Shown here: positions 8,095-16,684 of the stretch, piece after piece
How positions within the stretch are numbered: the first letter of the stretch is position 1
How the letters are laid out: every line of letters starts with the position of its first letter
Source of the DNA: Candidatus Saccharimonadota bacterium
GTDB taxonomy: Bacteria; Patescibacteriota; Saccharimonadia; Saccharimonadales; Saccharimonadaceae
NCBI GenBank assembly: GCA_002421785.1
Contig: DIRZ01000001.1
Coordinates: forward strand, 90,001 to 122,000
DNA length: 32,000 nucleotides
Direction of reading: 5' to 3'
Notes under the pieces: model-generated
What the model saw: only the letters and a program-made list of their open reading frames with translations
What the model was told of the DNA's origin: nothing
Database searches by the model: none
Made by a program: the position numbers and the translations under genes

Positions 8095-8123
8095 CATAGA
8101 CTTAACGTCGCACAATAATTCTT
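8095..8123 (+). repeat. 29-nt direct repeat, copy B
   Basis: CATAGACTTAACGTCGCACAATAATTCTT. An extra core copy, GCGTCGCACAAT, lies at 8078-8089. Confidence 0.85.
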
Positions 8124-8160
8124 TTACGACATTAAATATATTGATCAAAGATGAGTAAGC

Positions 8161-8347
8161 ATCCACGTGCTATGAGTGCTAATTTGAGTGAATTACCCTG
8201 TGGTGGGGGGACGCACACTTCACGTGCATACATACCATTTGTTTTCGTTCGTTGCTTATGTATCCTATACACTATGTATTGCCATGCACCCTCGGGTGTT
8301 GCCGATCGTGTTGTTCAATCCACACGTGCACATCTGAGTTATCCACA
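8161..8347 (+). promoter_or_regulatory. Cluster of ATCCAC/CACGTG motifs including one perfect DnaA-box 9-mer
   Basis: The motifs are ATCCACGTGC (8161-8170), CACGTGCATA (8221-8230), AATCCACACGTGCACA (8317-8332) and TTATCCACA (8339-8347). An AT- and pyrimidine-rich tract follows at 8375-8480. Confidence 0.35.
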
Positions 8348-8399
8348 CGCGAATGTTTTCACGCATGTCATGATTTGCTTTTTTAAAAAAATATTACCC

Positions 8400-8504
8400 C
8401 CCTATTCTTTTTACCCTTTTCTCCCCCATTTGCTTTTTTGCATTTTTTATATTGCAATATATACTTTTACGATAACTCAAAATCGAACAAAAATAGAACA
8501 TTAC
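8400..8504 (+). repeat. Repeat module copy 3: CCCTATTCTTTTTAC plus GAACA-N6-GAACA
   Basis: CCCTATTCTTTTTAC lies at 8400-8414 and GAACAAAAATAGAACATTAC at 8485-8504. The two blocks are 70 nt apart here and 31 nt apart in copy 1. Confidence 0.7.
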
Positions 8505-8528
8505 CCGATTGGCTAGGGAGTACCCTAT

Positions 8529-9518
8529 TTATTTATAGTAGGCCTTACCGCTCACTCGAACGTCCAAATACTCCGGTGTTATTCCCTTAACGCTCAGGTG
8601 GGCCATTGCGCGCACGGCATCTTCTACCTGCTCCCCCACTGGTCGGTCGACGCTATATTTAATCGGGTATGGCACGGTCGCTACAGAAACAGCAATCTGC
8701 CGAGTCGTACCTGCCGGTAGGGCAACCTGCGCCACTGTATGACCGTTGGCGTTCATGCGCCCAACCACCATACCGATAAACGCGAGGAACCGATTACTCG
8801 CAAGTACTTTATTATCCTGCGTTCCGATGCCACTTTGATCGACAATACTTACTGTAGGCTCCGCATAGTAATTACGGGTAAAAGCGACGCCCGTGTCGTC
8901 GACATACAGCCGCGTATTTCCAGTTTGCCAAACAACAGCCGGCCGACGAAACTCGAGGGTAACGATAGACGCACCAACGCCATCGAAATCCATACGTTCA
9001 GACACAGCCCGCACCTCTGGATATCCGCTCGTCTGAAGGTGTTTGGCTAATTTTTCTGTATCAAGTGTTAACCGCGAACGTTCGATGGGCCGACCGGTTA
9101 AGTATTTTTGGACAGCATCTTCGTATTGTCGCGCGTCGATAGGGGCGTCTGTAAATGCTTTTACTCGAACAATTGCCACCGACTGATAAACAAGCAGCGC
9201 GAGCAGAGATCCTACCGCCAACACTGACAATAAAATGACGCTCAGCTTTCGGCGATGATGTCGCAAATCATGCGCGTGAATACGTGACGACTTAAGCTCG
9301 GCCCGATGTTCATTGACACTCGAAACGCCGGACGCCAGGCTACCCGTCAGGGTGCGGTTTCGCCGAAAGGCATAGCGCTCGCCCAAGCTTTCATCGGTAG
9401 CTCGTGTCTGACGAGGCGAAGAAAGTCCGCTTCGGCGAGCAGGTTGCTGCTGTTTTTTATGTGGTAGTTTCATTATGCTACTGGTTATTGTACCATTTTT
9501 ATGGTCGCCGTGCGGCAT
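8529..9518 (-). CDS. ftsQ: Cell division protein FtsQ/DivIB-like
   Basis: It follows murG as the last gene of the dcw cluster. It has a basic disordered N-terminus, one TM helix (VILLSVLAVGSLLALLVY) and a POTRA-like region. An alternative start at ATG 9473 would avoid the 20-nt overlap with murG. Confidence 0.65.
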   Translation of the reverse strand: MPHGDHKNGTITSSIMKLPHKKQQQPARRSGLSSPRQTRATDESLGERYAFRRNRTLTGSLASGVSSVNEHRAELKSSRIHAHDLRHHRRKLSVILLSVLAVGSLLALLVYQSVAIVRVKAFTDAPIDARQYEDAVQKYLTGRPIERSRLTLDTEKLAKHLQTSGYPEVRAVSERMDFDGVGASIVTLEFRRPAVVWQTGNTRLYVDDTGVAFTRNYYAEPTVSIVDQSGIGTQDNKVLASNRFLAFIGMVVGRMNANGHTVAQVALPAGTTRQIAVSVATVPYPIKYSVDRPVGEQVEDAVRAMAHLSVKGITPEYLDVRVSGKAYYK

Positions 9519-10659
9519 CGAGAATCAGCGTCGCCATGTCGCGTGCAGCGTGCGGCTTAGCGAATTCGTGAAAAGCGGCGGCCATCGACTGCTGGCGATT
9601 CTTATCTGCCAAGATATTGCATACCTCATCCACAAATAACGAAGGATTTTTGTCGAGATCTTTTTCGTCCAAAATACTCACAGCGCCTTTTTCTGCATAT
9701 ACCGCCGCGTTTTTGAGTTGGTGGCCACCGGTCAGATAGGCATTTGGTATCAGGATTGTGGGTTTTGCCAGCGCGGCGAGTTCGAGAATCGTTGTCGCTC
9801 CTGCCCGCGTTACGACTACATCTGCTGCGCCCAGCATATCAGCCATCCCCTTGCTCACAAAAGCGTGCAACTGATAGCGATCATCGCCTTGCGGGGTCAG
9901 GCTTCGCATTTCATCGTACCCCCCTTCCCCGCTAATCAAAATGACATTGGTATGCTCAAGTAGTTCGCTCAGTACGTTTGCGACTGCCATGTTTATGCGC
10001 TGCGCTCCCAGCCCTCCACCAGTTACCACAATCAACGGACGTACTGGATTAAATCCAAGTTGCTGCTTCACCTGCCGGCGCCGCTCATCACTATAGGGAG
10101 CAAAATCAGCCACAACAGGAACCCCGACATAATGCGAGATTGCCAAGGGGTAAGGATAAAACCGCAGTGGCGCGCCCGTACCAATGGCCGTCGCGCCCTT
10201 TGCAAGCAACCGGTTCGTGAGCCCCGGGTGTGCGTCTGAATCATGAATAACCAGCGGGATACGCAGGAGGCGCGCCGCGTAACCAATCGGTAAGCACACA
10301 AATCCCCCCTTGGTAAATACCACATCCGGGCGCCAAATCAACAGCTTGACCAGGCTTTGCACAAACCCGATTATGACAAGAAACATGTCTCGAATGTTCG
10401 GAAAAACGATTGTACGAAGATGAAGCATCTGTTGTAATAATGGCAATTGGTTATATCGCCGTAATTTGCCACTATAAATCGTACTGACCTGTATCGTTTC
10501 GTCAAAGTGCCCCATGACACTTCTGGCTTGTGGCGCGAACTTACGGTCGCACCAAAAGCGAATCTCGGCATGCGGCGCCTTCTCTTTAATCTCGCGTAGT
10601 ACGGCGACGACTGGAGTAACGTGACCCCCGCTCCCCCCGCCGGCTGCTAGAATTTTCAT
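9499..10659 (-). CDS. murG: Undecaprenyldiphospho-muramoylpentapeptide beta-N-acetylglucosaminyltransferase
   Basis: The N-terminal G-loop is MKILAAGGGSGGHVTPVVAV, the size and dcw position fit, and AAGGGAGG lies 6 nt upstream of the ATG. Confidence 0.92.
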   Translation of the reverse strand: MKILAAGGGSGGHVTPVVAVLREIKEKAPHAEIRFWCDRKFAPQARSVMGHFDETIQVSTIYSGKLRRYNQLPLLQQMLHLRTIVFPNIRDMFLVIIGFVQSLVKLLIWRPDVVFTKGGFVCLPIGYAARLLRIPLVIHDSDAHPGLTNRLLAKGATAIGTGAPLRFYPYPLAISHYVGVPVVADFAPYSDERRRQVKQQLGFNPVRPLIVVTGGGLGAQRINMAVANVLSELLEHTNVILISGEGGYDEMRSLTPQGDDRYQLHAFVSKGMADMLGAADVVVTRAGATTILELAALAKPTILIPNAYLTGGHQLKNAAVYAEKGAVSILDEKDLDKNPSLFVDEVCNILADKNRQQSMAAAFHEFAKPHAARDMATLILDAARRP

Positions 10660-11905
10660 AGCGAACCTCCCTTAGTTGTCCATGAGCAGTGTACTGTGAT
10701 AATTGATAAACTAGCCCGAGTGCTCCAGCAATAAAAATCATGCTTGTACCTCCAAAGCTGAGCAGCGGCAATGTAATACCGGTCAGTGGTACCAGCCCAA
10801 TCATTGATGCTACGTTCAATATAACATGCGCGCCGAGCCATCCAAACACTCCTGCGACTGCGAGACGCATCGATATATCTGGTAATTTATCCGCGACCCT
10901 AAGTACGCGAATAAGCAGTGCTGTGAAGAGCCCGAGTATAAGCACCGAGCCAACAAAACCAAATATCTCTCCCATAATCGCAAACACAGAGTCATTAATC
11001 GCCTCTGGCAGGTATCCGGTTGCCTGAATACTATTACCAATCCCCAGACCAATAAATCCGCCCGTCCCAAGGGCAATCATTGCATTCTTGATATGGTAAT
11101 TGGTGTCATCCGCTTCAACATGCGCAGAACTGGCAGCGTTATCACCTAGCAGAAACGTCATCAACCTTTCCCGACGATGTGGCACAAACACAATCAGCAG
11201 CGATCCAATAATCGCTGCTGTGAGAAATAATTGGCCTAGAATCTTCCAACTCATTCCACTCAGTAGCAACATCATCCCAATGATAGCCGCCATCGCAATT
11301 CCCGTCCCCATATCTTTTTGAAATATGACAACAATACCTAGCGCGACCGCAGATATACCGGCGACAGGATACACCGTCGCAGCAAGGTCATTCACCCTAC
11401 CTTCTTGGACGCGCTTGCCGAGGAATGTCGCGATATAGAGCAATAAGGCAAACTTTAACACCTCAGCCGGCTGGAAGCTACCTAGCGGACCAAGATTGAA
11501 CCAGCGGTATGCCCCTAGAGTGTTGACGGCAATGGCATCGATTTGTAGCAGGTTACCACCAATAAACAAAAGCGCGCATAGCGCAAGCCCCACCTGAACG
11601 AAACGCATGGAATGCTTTTTCATAAATTCAAATGGTAGCTTGCTCATTACCACAAATGCCGCAATCGCCAACGTGAGGCTCGCCGCCTGTTTTAGCACAA
11701 AATACGTATCGGTATAGAACGTCGTTCCATGTACCTCATTCAGCACATTTGCTCGTTGCGGTCCAATCGCATACATCAGAATCAGCCCGAGCAGCATGAG
11801 CATGCCCATAAACAATACCACCTGGTAGTCAGGGCGATGTCGTCTTTGTACCACGCCCGTTGTGGTCTGGCGTACCGCGCGCCCCGCCCTCCGCACACTT
11901 TCCAC
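10586..11905 (-). CDS. ftsW: SEDS-family peptidoglycan glycosyltransferase FtsW
   Basis: It is a polytopic membrane protein sitting between mraY and murG. The likely start is GTG 11905, sharing one base with the mraY stop (TAGTG) and with GGGAGG about 10 nt upstream. The ORF track extends it to 11959. Confidence 0.88.
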   Translation of the reverse strand: MESVRRAGRAVRQTTTGVVQRRHRPDYQVVLFMGMLMLLGLILMYAIGPQRANVLNEVHGTTFYTDTYFVLKQAASLTLAIAAFVVMSKLPFEFMKKHSMRFVQVGLALCALLFIGGNLLQIDAIAVNTLGAYRWFNLGPLGSFQPAEVLKFALLLYIATFLGKRVQEGRVNDLAATVYPVAGISAVALGIVVIFQKDMGTGIAMAAIIGMMLLLSGMSWKILGQLFLTAAIIGSLLIVFVPHRRERLMTFLLGDNAASSAHVEADDTNYHIKNAMIALGTGGFIGLGIGNSIQATGYLPEAINDSVFAIMGEIFGFVGSVLILGLFTALLIRVLRVADKLPDISMRLAVAGVFGWLGAHVILNVASMIGLVPLTGITLPLLSFGGTSMIFIAGALGLVYQLSQYTAHGQLREVRYENSSSRRGERGSRYSSRRRTTRD

Positions 11906-12933
11906 TAAATATGGCCTCCCGTAAGGGCAAGTAGTAGTCCGATAAATCCAGCGACGCACGCGATTACCCAGAACCGCATCGTTACCTTCACTTCAGGCCA
12001 GCCCTTTGCTTCAAGGTGGTGGTGAATCGGTGCAGAAATAAACACGCGTCGGTGGAAAAATCGCTTCGCAATAATCTGAATCAAGCTTGAGCCAGCTTCA
12101 ATCACAAAAATGATGCCAACAATCGGCAAAAGAAATAGCGTGTTGGTTAGCATCGCAACCACCCCAAGGCTCGTCCCGAACGCAAAGCTCCCCACATCTC
12201 CCATAAAGAAACGGGCGGGATAGATATTAAACCACAGGTAGCTGAGCAGTGCCCCCACAACCGTGAAGCAGAACCCTGCAATCATCAAATGGCCCTGCAG
12301 AAGCGCAATCATACCGAACACCATGTAGGACACGGCGAGCAAGCCCCCGGCGAGCCCATCTAATCCATCACTAATGTTGACCGCGTTACCTGTAGAAACA
12401 ACTGCCAGCACAAACAACGGCACGATCCATACGCCCAGCATGATATCACCAGCAAATGGAATATGGACTGAGGTATAGCCGAGCTTCGCATAAAAGAACC
12501 AGCCGAGTACGAGCGACATAAGGATTACCATGACGAACTTAAAGCTTGAGCGAAGCCCCGCGACACCCGACCCCTGACCACGAATGTTAATAATGTCGTC
12601 AAGTAGGCCGACAATTCCACCCCCAAGTAGCGCGGCAAGGGGTAGCCAAGTTTGAGCACGATCCCAGTTAAAGCATAGGGTGATGACCGTAATCGATACG
12701 ATGCCAATCACGCCCGCCATTGTTGGAATATTGCGCGTAAACTTATTGGCATGGAGCTTTGTAAACACTTCGAGCTTTTCGCCAAGCGTACTCGTCGTTC
12801 GCTGTTTTTTCCAGAATTTATAGCGGTAGGCGAAGTACGTGTACAGCGGGGTGAGCAGCATCGCCAGCAAAAACGCCCCGACGCTCAGCATAAATGTTGC
12901 GTTAATTTCGGTCGTAAAGGCGTGAATGTTCAT
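11905..12933 (-). CDS. mraY: Phospho-N-acetylmuramoyl-pentapeptide transferase
   Basis: MraY motifs are present: LLDDIINIRG, NAVNISDGLDGLAGG, FMGDVGSFAFG and APIHHHLE. Confidence 0.95.
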   Translation of the reverse strand: MNIHAFTTEINATFMLSVGAFLLAMLLTPLYTYFAYRYKFWKKQRTTSTLGEKLEVFTKLHANKFTRNIPTMAGVIGIVSITVITLCFNWDRAQTWLPLAALLGGGIVGLLDDIINIRGQGSGVAGLRSSFKFVMVILMSLVLGWFFYAKLGYTSVHIPFAGDIMLGVWIVPLFVLAVVSTGNAVNISDGLDGLAGGLLAVSYMVFGMIALLQGHLMIAGFCFTVVGALLSYLWFNIYPARFFMGDVGSFAFGTSLGVVAMLTNTLFLLPIVGIIFVIEAGSSLIQIIAKRFFHRRVFISAPIHHHLEAKGWPEVKVTMRFWVIACVAGFIGLLLALTGGHI

Positions 12934-12951
12934 GTACTTAGTATACCCCTA

Positions 12952-14691
12952 TTACTCTTGTGGTGTTAGCCTTAAATAATCAATCATCCAGTTTGAAATA
13001 TCGGTAAAAATCGGCAGCGCATGGTCACCACCATTTAATGCCATATCCTCGCCGGACACTTCAACCATAATCACATAGCTTGGACTCTTGCCAACTTCTC
13101 CCCCAAACCCGAGGTACGTTCCGATTGTTTCACTGAATACGTATTTTCCGTTACGAACGGCCTGGGATGTGCCTGTTTTACCACCAATATAGTACCCGGG
13201 CTTGTCCTTGCCTGCGTAGAAGGCTACGCGCGCCTGGTGCACCATTTCACGGACCGTATCCGAAGAGCTCTGCTTGATGACTCCTGGGTACTTTGGCTTT
13301 GTAGCCGCTGGTTCAAATTTGCCTGTGCTATCCAGCGTTCCGGCGATAATCGACGGCGTATGGTACGTGCCCCCGTTCACCAACGCGCCAAACCCACTGG
13401 CGACCTGGATCATCGTCGCGTCCATACCCTGGCCAAATGACATGTTGCTGTAGCGAACGGCGTTACCTTCTGTCTCAGTTGGCGAGACAATGCGCCCCCG
13501 CTGTTCATTGGCAAGCTCGATGCCGGTTTTCTGCCCAAGGCGAAAACGGTTATAAAAATAATCGTACATAGTGTCGCGCGCGCCACGGGTAATGTATGTG
13601 CCGTTGCCTAGCCGCTGCGCAATCGTCACCATACCAGTGTTAAGTGACCATGTCAGCGCATGCTGCATGCTAATTTCACCCGTCTGGCCCTTGCTCGCAT
13701 TCGTAATAGAAATATCCTCGACGCGAATATAGTCAGTGTTATTGTAGGTAGATTCAGGCGTGATGACGCCCTTGTCGATACCCATCGCTACCGTAAACGT
13801 CTTAATGTCAGATCCTGGCTCGTAAGGACTGCTGATCGTATCGTTATTAAACACCGCTGGGTCAACGGCCCTATTGGTTGGATCGTACGTCGGCATGTTA
13901 GCCATCGCCAGCACTTTGCCGTTGTTAGGGTCCATAACAATCGCGCTGACGTGCTTTGCTCCCGTGCGTTCAGCGCCCTCCGCTAGGGCTTTCTCAGTCT
14001 GCGCCTGAATATTACGATCAATGGTCAGCACCATCGTTTCACCGTCTTTAGCGGGCTGCTTGATATTTTTGTCACCAACCGTGAGCGGTACCATGCGAAT
14101 ATCTGTCACCGTCTTCAGGACACCGTTCGTCCCCTTAAGCCGAGCGTCGTTAGCCTCTTCAAACCCATACTTCCCGTCGCCCTCGGCATCGACAAACCCA
14201 ATCACCTGGCTCGCAAGTTGCCCTTCAGGATACACGCGTTGACTGACGGCATCGAACCCAAGGCCGGCAAGATTCTTCGCTTTCAGCATCTCGGCCTGCT
14301 TGCGCGTCACCTTTGTGGCCAGTACCTGGTACTTCGAATCTTCAACCTTCAAATACTTAGCAAAGTCTTTACGCGTATTTCCACCAGCAATATCTGTCAG
14401 CGCTTCGATGATTGGCCCCGTGTCCCCTACTTGCGTGGGGTCGGCCCACACGGTATATACCGTCTCATTCAGCACCAGCGGCGCAGGTTTATCCCCATCC
14501 ATTACGTACAGCTCGCCACGCTTCGCATGTAACACGAACTGCTTAATTTGCTCGCTATCTGCCTGCTCCTGGTAGTAGCTATGTTGAATCACCTGGATAT
14601 AAAACAAGCGCACCACAAACAGCGCCATAATAGCGCTGACGATGTAAGCCAAAGCTTGCGCGCGGCTGCGTGGGGTAAAGCGTCGTTCCAT
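12952..14691 (-). CDS. ftsI: Class B penicillin-binding protein (transpeptidase)
   Basis: It has an N-terminal TM anchor and the SxxK (SDIK), SxN (SLN) and KTG (GGKTGTSQ) motifs, and sits in the dcw cluster. Confidence 0.9.
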   Translation of the reverse strand: MERRFTPRSRAQALAYIVSAIMALFVVRLFYIQVIQHSYYQEQADSEQIKQFVLHAKRGELYVMDGDKPAPLVLNETVYTVWADPTQVGDTGPIIEALTDIAGGNTRKDFAKYLKVEDSKYQVLATKVTRKQAEMLKAKNLAGLGFDAVSQRVYPEGQLASQVIGFVDAEGDGKYGFEEANDARLKGTNGVLKTVTDIRMVPLTVGDKNIKQPAKDGETMVLTIDRNIQAQTEKALAEGAERTGAKHVSAIVMDPNNGKVLAMANMPTYDPTNRAVDPAVFNNDTISSPYEPGSDIKTFTVAMGIDKGVITPESTYNNTDYIRVEDISITNASKGQTGEISMQHALTWSLNTGMVTIAQRLGNGTYITRGARDTMYDYFYNRFRLGQKTGIELANEQRGRIVSPTETEGNAVRYSNMSFGQGMDATMIQVASGFGALVNGGTYHTPSIIAGTLDSTGKFEPAATKPKYPGVIKQSSSDTVREMVHQARVAFYAGKDKPGYYIGGKTGTSQAVRNGKYVFSETIGTYLGFGGEVGKSPSYVIMVEVSGEDMALNGGDHALPIFTDISNWMIDYLRLTPQE

Positions 14692-14704
14692 TGATTTACT
14701 AGTA

Positions 14705-15055
14705 TTACTCAGTTACGTGCTGGACATCAGTTGGCGTTGTCATATTCTTCGCAACGCTACTATTTTTCACTGTCTGAAGTGCCGTCAGACGTGCATTCTC
14801 TACTTCGAGATCTTTCGTTTGTTCGTTGAGCGCGGATATTTTATCCGTGATTTCACTCGCGGTATAGTCATAGCCCGATGCTCTCGTCGCCTGGGTCAAG
14901 TATATCAGACCAAGCACCGTTATCATGAGGGCAACGAGCACTGTATGAGTAACGGGACCGAGTTTGACAGCAGATGCAAAGGCAACTGTATTTTGGTTGC
15001 GACCCCAATTACTTTGGCGCCTGCTATTAAATTGTGCTGTTCGTGTATAGGACAT
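14705..15055 (-). CDS. ftsL: FtsL/DivIC-like septum formation protein
   Basis: The 116-aa product has one TM helix followed by a coiled coil (ISALNEQTKDLEVENARLTAL). It lies between rsmH and ftsI, as in canonical dcw clusters. Confidence 0.55.
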   Translation of the reverse strand: MSYTRTAQFNSRRQSNWGRNQNTVAFASAVKLGPVTHTVLVALMITVLGLIYLTQATRASGYDYTASEITDKISALNEQTKDLEVENARLTALQTVKNSSVAKNMTTPTDVQHVTE

Positions 15056-15269
15056 GTGGTGGTATGTTTGTTTTACGTGTTAGTGTTTTGGCGTGCGACC
15101 AGAAGTTGGTGTCGGCCGGCGCCTAAAAGTACAGGCTTGGGCCGACACGTCTTCATGTGTAGAGTTACCTACGAGCAGAAGTCGTTATTTGTAACGAACT
15201 TCGACTGTGGTCTCTATTGACTCGTTTTGTACTGGGATATGGATAGGCATCCTTTTCCCCTTTCTTTGT

Positions 15270-16160
15270 TTATTTTTTCACAGCAACCCGTAGCTTAGCG
15301 CTACGCGATCGCGGGTTGTGAACGTCTTGGGTGGCTCCGTCTATCGGTTTTTTGGTGAGTATATCGAGTTCGGCTTCATAGCCAGAATTCTTTTGCTCAG
15401 CAAAGTAGCGTTTCACGATTCGATCCTCCAAGCTATGAAAGCTTATCACCCCTACCCTACCTCCCTTTTTGAGGAGTTGAGGCAGAAGCGGCAAGACATC
15501 ACTCACTTGGAGGAGCTCATCGTTTACCGCAATGCGGAAGGCCTGAAAGGTACGTGTTGCTGGGTGGGTTTTTTTCCACTTGCCAACATGTGCATGCTTC
15601 ACTACCTCTGCGAGTTCCCCTGTACTGTGCAATGGCCTAGCGGCGATAATAGCGTCAGCGTACCGTGTTGCGGCTCCGCGTGGCTCTTCACCGAACTCTT
15701 GGATGATGCGAATGAGATTATTGCGATTAGCAGTATTAATCAACGCTTCGGCTGTTTGGGCCTGGCGTTTGTCCATTCTCATATCAAGAGGACCATTGTT
15801 TGTAAAAGAAAATCCTCGCTCGGGCAAATCGAGCTGTGGTGACGACACCCCCAAGTCAAGTAAGATCAAACTATATGTACGGCCGTCCTGTACGAGCTGT
15901 TTGGCAGCATTGACAAAGTCGGTGTGCAAAAGCTGAGTACCCCGTGAGGCTAGGTCGGCTAAATGCTGGTGAGCAAATGCGTCCCTATCGACTAATGTCG
16001 ATTCAGCGTAGTTATCAGTAGCCTCAAGTACCGCCCTAGCGTGTCCTCCATACCCCGCCGTCAGGTCAAGATAATTCTCTCCTGATTGGGGCTGAAGTTC
16101 ACGTAGAACGCTATCAAGAAGTACTGGAACATGAAGTGGTGGATGTTCTTTGATACTCAT
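15270..16160 (-). CDS. rsmH: 16S rRNA (cytosine1402-N4)-methyltransferase
   Basis: RsmH/MraW motifs are present: HVPVLLDSV, DLTAGYGGHA, DLGVSSPQLD and ISFHSLEDRIVK. Confidence 0.95.
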   Translation of the reverse strand: MSIKEHPPLHVPVLLDSVLRELQPQSGENYLDLTAGYGGHARAVLEATDNYAESTLVDRDAFAHQHLADLASRGTQLLHTDFVNAAKQLVQDGRTYSLILLDLGVSSPQLDLPERGFSFTNNGPLDMRMDKRQAQTAEALINTANRNNLIRIIQEFGEEPRGAATRYADAIIAARPLHSTGELAEVVKHAHVGKWKKTHPATRTFQAFRIAVNDELLQVSDVLPLLPQLLKKGGRVGVISFHSLEDRIVKRYFAEQKNSGYEAELDILTKKPIDGATQDVHNPRSRSAKLRVAVKK

Positions 16161-16168
16161 ACGTCCCT

Positions 16169-16177
16169 ACTATACCA
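16169..16177 (-). promoter_or_regulatory. Extended -10 element (TGgTATAGT) 8 nt upstream of the rsmH ATG
   Basis: The minus strand reads TGGTATAGT-agggacgt-ATG with no Shine-Dalgarno, implying a leaderless or near-leaderless transcript. Confidence 0.5.
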
Positions 16178-16684
16178 CAGGGTGGCAGCGCAGGTCCGTC
16201 ATCGAGATCACCAAACTGGTAGCAAACCTATGTTTGTTTTCGCATATGTTTGTTTTTGATAAGTGTTCGGTACAAGCCGAGGGGGTTCTAAAAGAACTCA
16301 TACCCTATTTATGTACCATTGAGAGACTTATGTGTGAGGTGGAGTTTTTTGGGAGGTGTTGTGTTTAAGGGAAGGTACGTTCGACAATTTTTAATGTGGG
16401 TCGATAAACCACTGGCTCACTACCAGATTGTTGATCTCGAGGATATCGATTACGCGGATTGTTAACGTACTGAATATATCGGAAAGATATCAAAAGTAAA
16501 TGCTATGAGCAAACAGAGCGGGCGTTAGTTGGTGTGCTCTTTCTATGGATGCCTGTCATAGTTTTTTTGTTGTTGTGGTGTTTGTGTTGCAGTTATTCTG
16601 CGTTTTCCACTAAGCCCATCATACAGTCGAACGTCAACCATATGCAATACCATTTTTTGACAATATTTCTCATTATGCTTTTGT

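Noticed and set aside
7140-8123. The 29-nt repeats as duplicated dif (XerCD) sites
   Set aside because: The location at a strand-convergence point is suggestive. However, the repeat lacks the imperfect inverted arms and the conserved ATAA-N6-TTATGT core of known dif sites. The idea is kept only as one reading in the finding.
8151-8516. 121-aa + strand ORF
   Set aside because: The product is rich in Cys, His and Phe and low in complexity. The ORF has no Shine-Dalgarno and runs through repeated DNA motifs and a pyrimidine tract. It is most likely non-coding.
8161-8520. Chromosomal oriC
   Set aside because: Genes converge on this region, whereas genes usually diverge from an origin, and no dnaA or dnaN is nearby. 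It is therefore reported only as an origin-like motif cluster.
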